DNA from: Anolis carolinensis
Taxonomy: Eukaryota
Assembly (NCBI RefSeq): GCF_035594765.1
Contig: NC_085845.1
Span: 169,958,897 to 170,022,896 of the forward strand
DNA length: 64,000 nucleotides
Direction: 5' to 3'
Position 1 is the first letter of the stretch, and the number at the start of each line of letters is the position of its first letter. Positions 63,473 to 64,000 of this stretch are shown here, piece after piece. The position numbers and the translations under genes are program-made. The notes under the pieces were generated by a model. That model was given only the letters and a program-made list of their open reading frames with translations, was not told where the DNA came from and did not search any database.

Positions 63473-64000
63473 TGTGATCGAGGTGACCACCCTCCCCCCC
63501 AGGACTTTGTAAAAGATAGTTCAAAGATCAAGACTTTATGTTCTATATTCCATATATTTATAGTAGAAGGTGATTGAGACTTTTTACTGGAGTTTACTGT
63601 GGATTATCCCTGCACTCTGAGGCAAGAGATAACAACTTCATGAATTGTAAAATCATGCTGCTAAAACTCCACTTTTATGAATTTCCATATTGGGTTCCCC
63701 AGATGTTATGAACTTCGTACTTATCAAATGTTTTTCAATTGTTTATATCACTCATGATTCCCCTTTATGCAATGTAACTCACTTTTATGGATTCTCCCTT
63801 ATTTCCATGAAATCTATCTGTCTGCCTATATGTATTTGTACTCTTTGGGATCCCCGGAAAATATGTATTTTTCCCAGCAGGGTTTATATTCCAACTTTGT
63901 TTTATTTTTCATTTTATTTCATATAATTGTCAAGTCATGAAATCAAATAGGAAATATTCTGAACTCAACCTGAACCCTAGAACCCATCCCAGCTCCTATG
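63473..64000 (+). mobile_element. Second related LTR, opposite orientation, runs off the window
   Basis: 63634-64000 is a close inverted copy of about 60095-60462. Confidence 0.7.

Noticed and set aside
1-64000. CRISPR array, prokaryotic operon or defence system
   Set aside because: Intron-containing vertebrate genes. The recurring palindromes are MITE TIRs and there is no regular repeat-spacer array.
50110-64000. PMM1, the next gene expected by human synteny
   Set aside because: No FDVDGTLT-type exon or gene-associated CpG island was recognised.

Overview
Eukaryotic (vertebrate) genomic DNA. The repeat landscape (Sauria-type SINEs, RTE-BovB, CR1, Vingi, Penelope, 5S-derived SINE) points to a squamate, most likely an Anolis lizard (inference). 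Four spliced genes in the order known from human 22q13.2: MEI1 (-, first 3 coding exons, continues off the left edge), SNU13/NHP2L1 (+, complete, 128 aa), XRCC6/Ku70 (-, 12 coding exons, 614 aa) and DESI1 (+, 6 coding exons, 169 aa). All exons were hand-assembled with GT/AG boundaries and consistent phases. The rest is dense, often nested transposon sequence. Most notable: (1) Penelope-like retroelement pLTRs carrying minimal hammerhead-ribozyme cores, sitting inside or next to both head-to-head promoter regions; (2) a non-autonomous Helitron built from fragments of other TEs and carrying a 2.1-kb solo LTR; (3) an unexplained CpG-retaining hairpin insertion between the converging SNU13 and XRCC6 3' ends. 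No prokaryotic system or CRISPR array is present. TE boundaries are approximate and family names come from recall, not from a database search.
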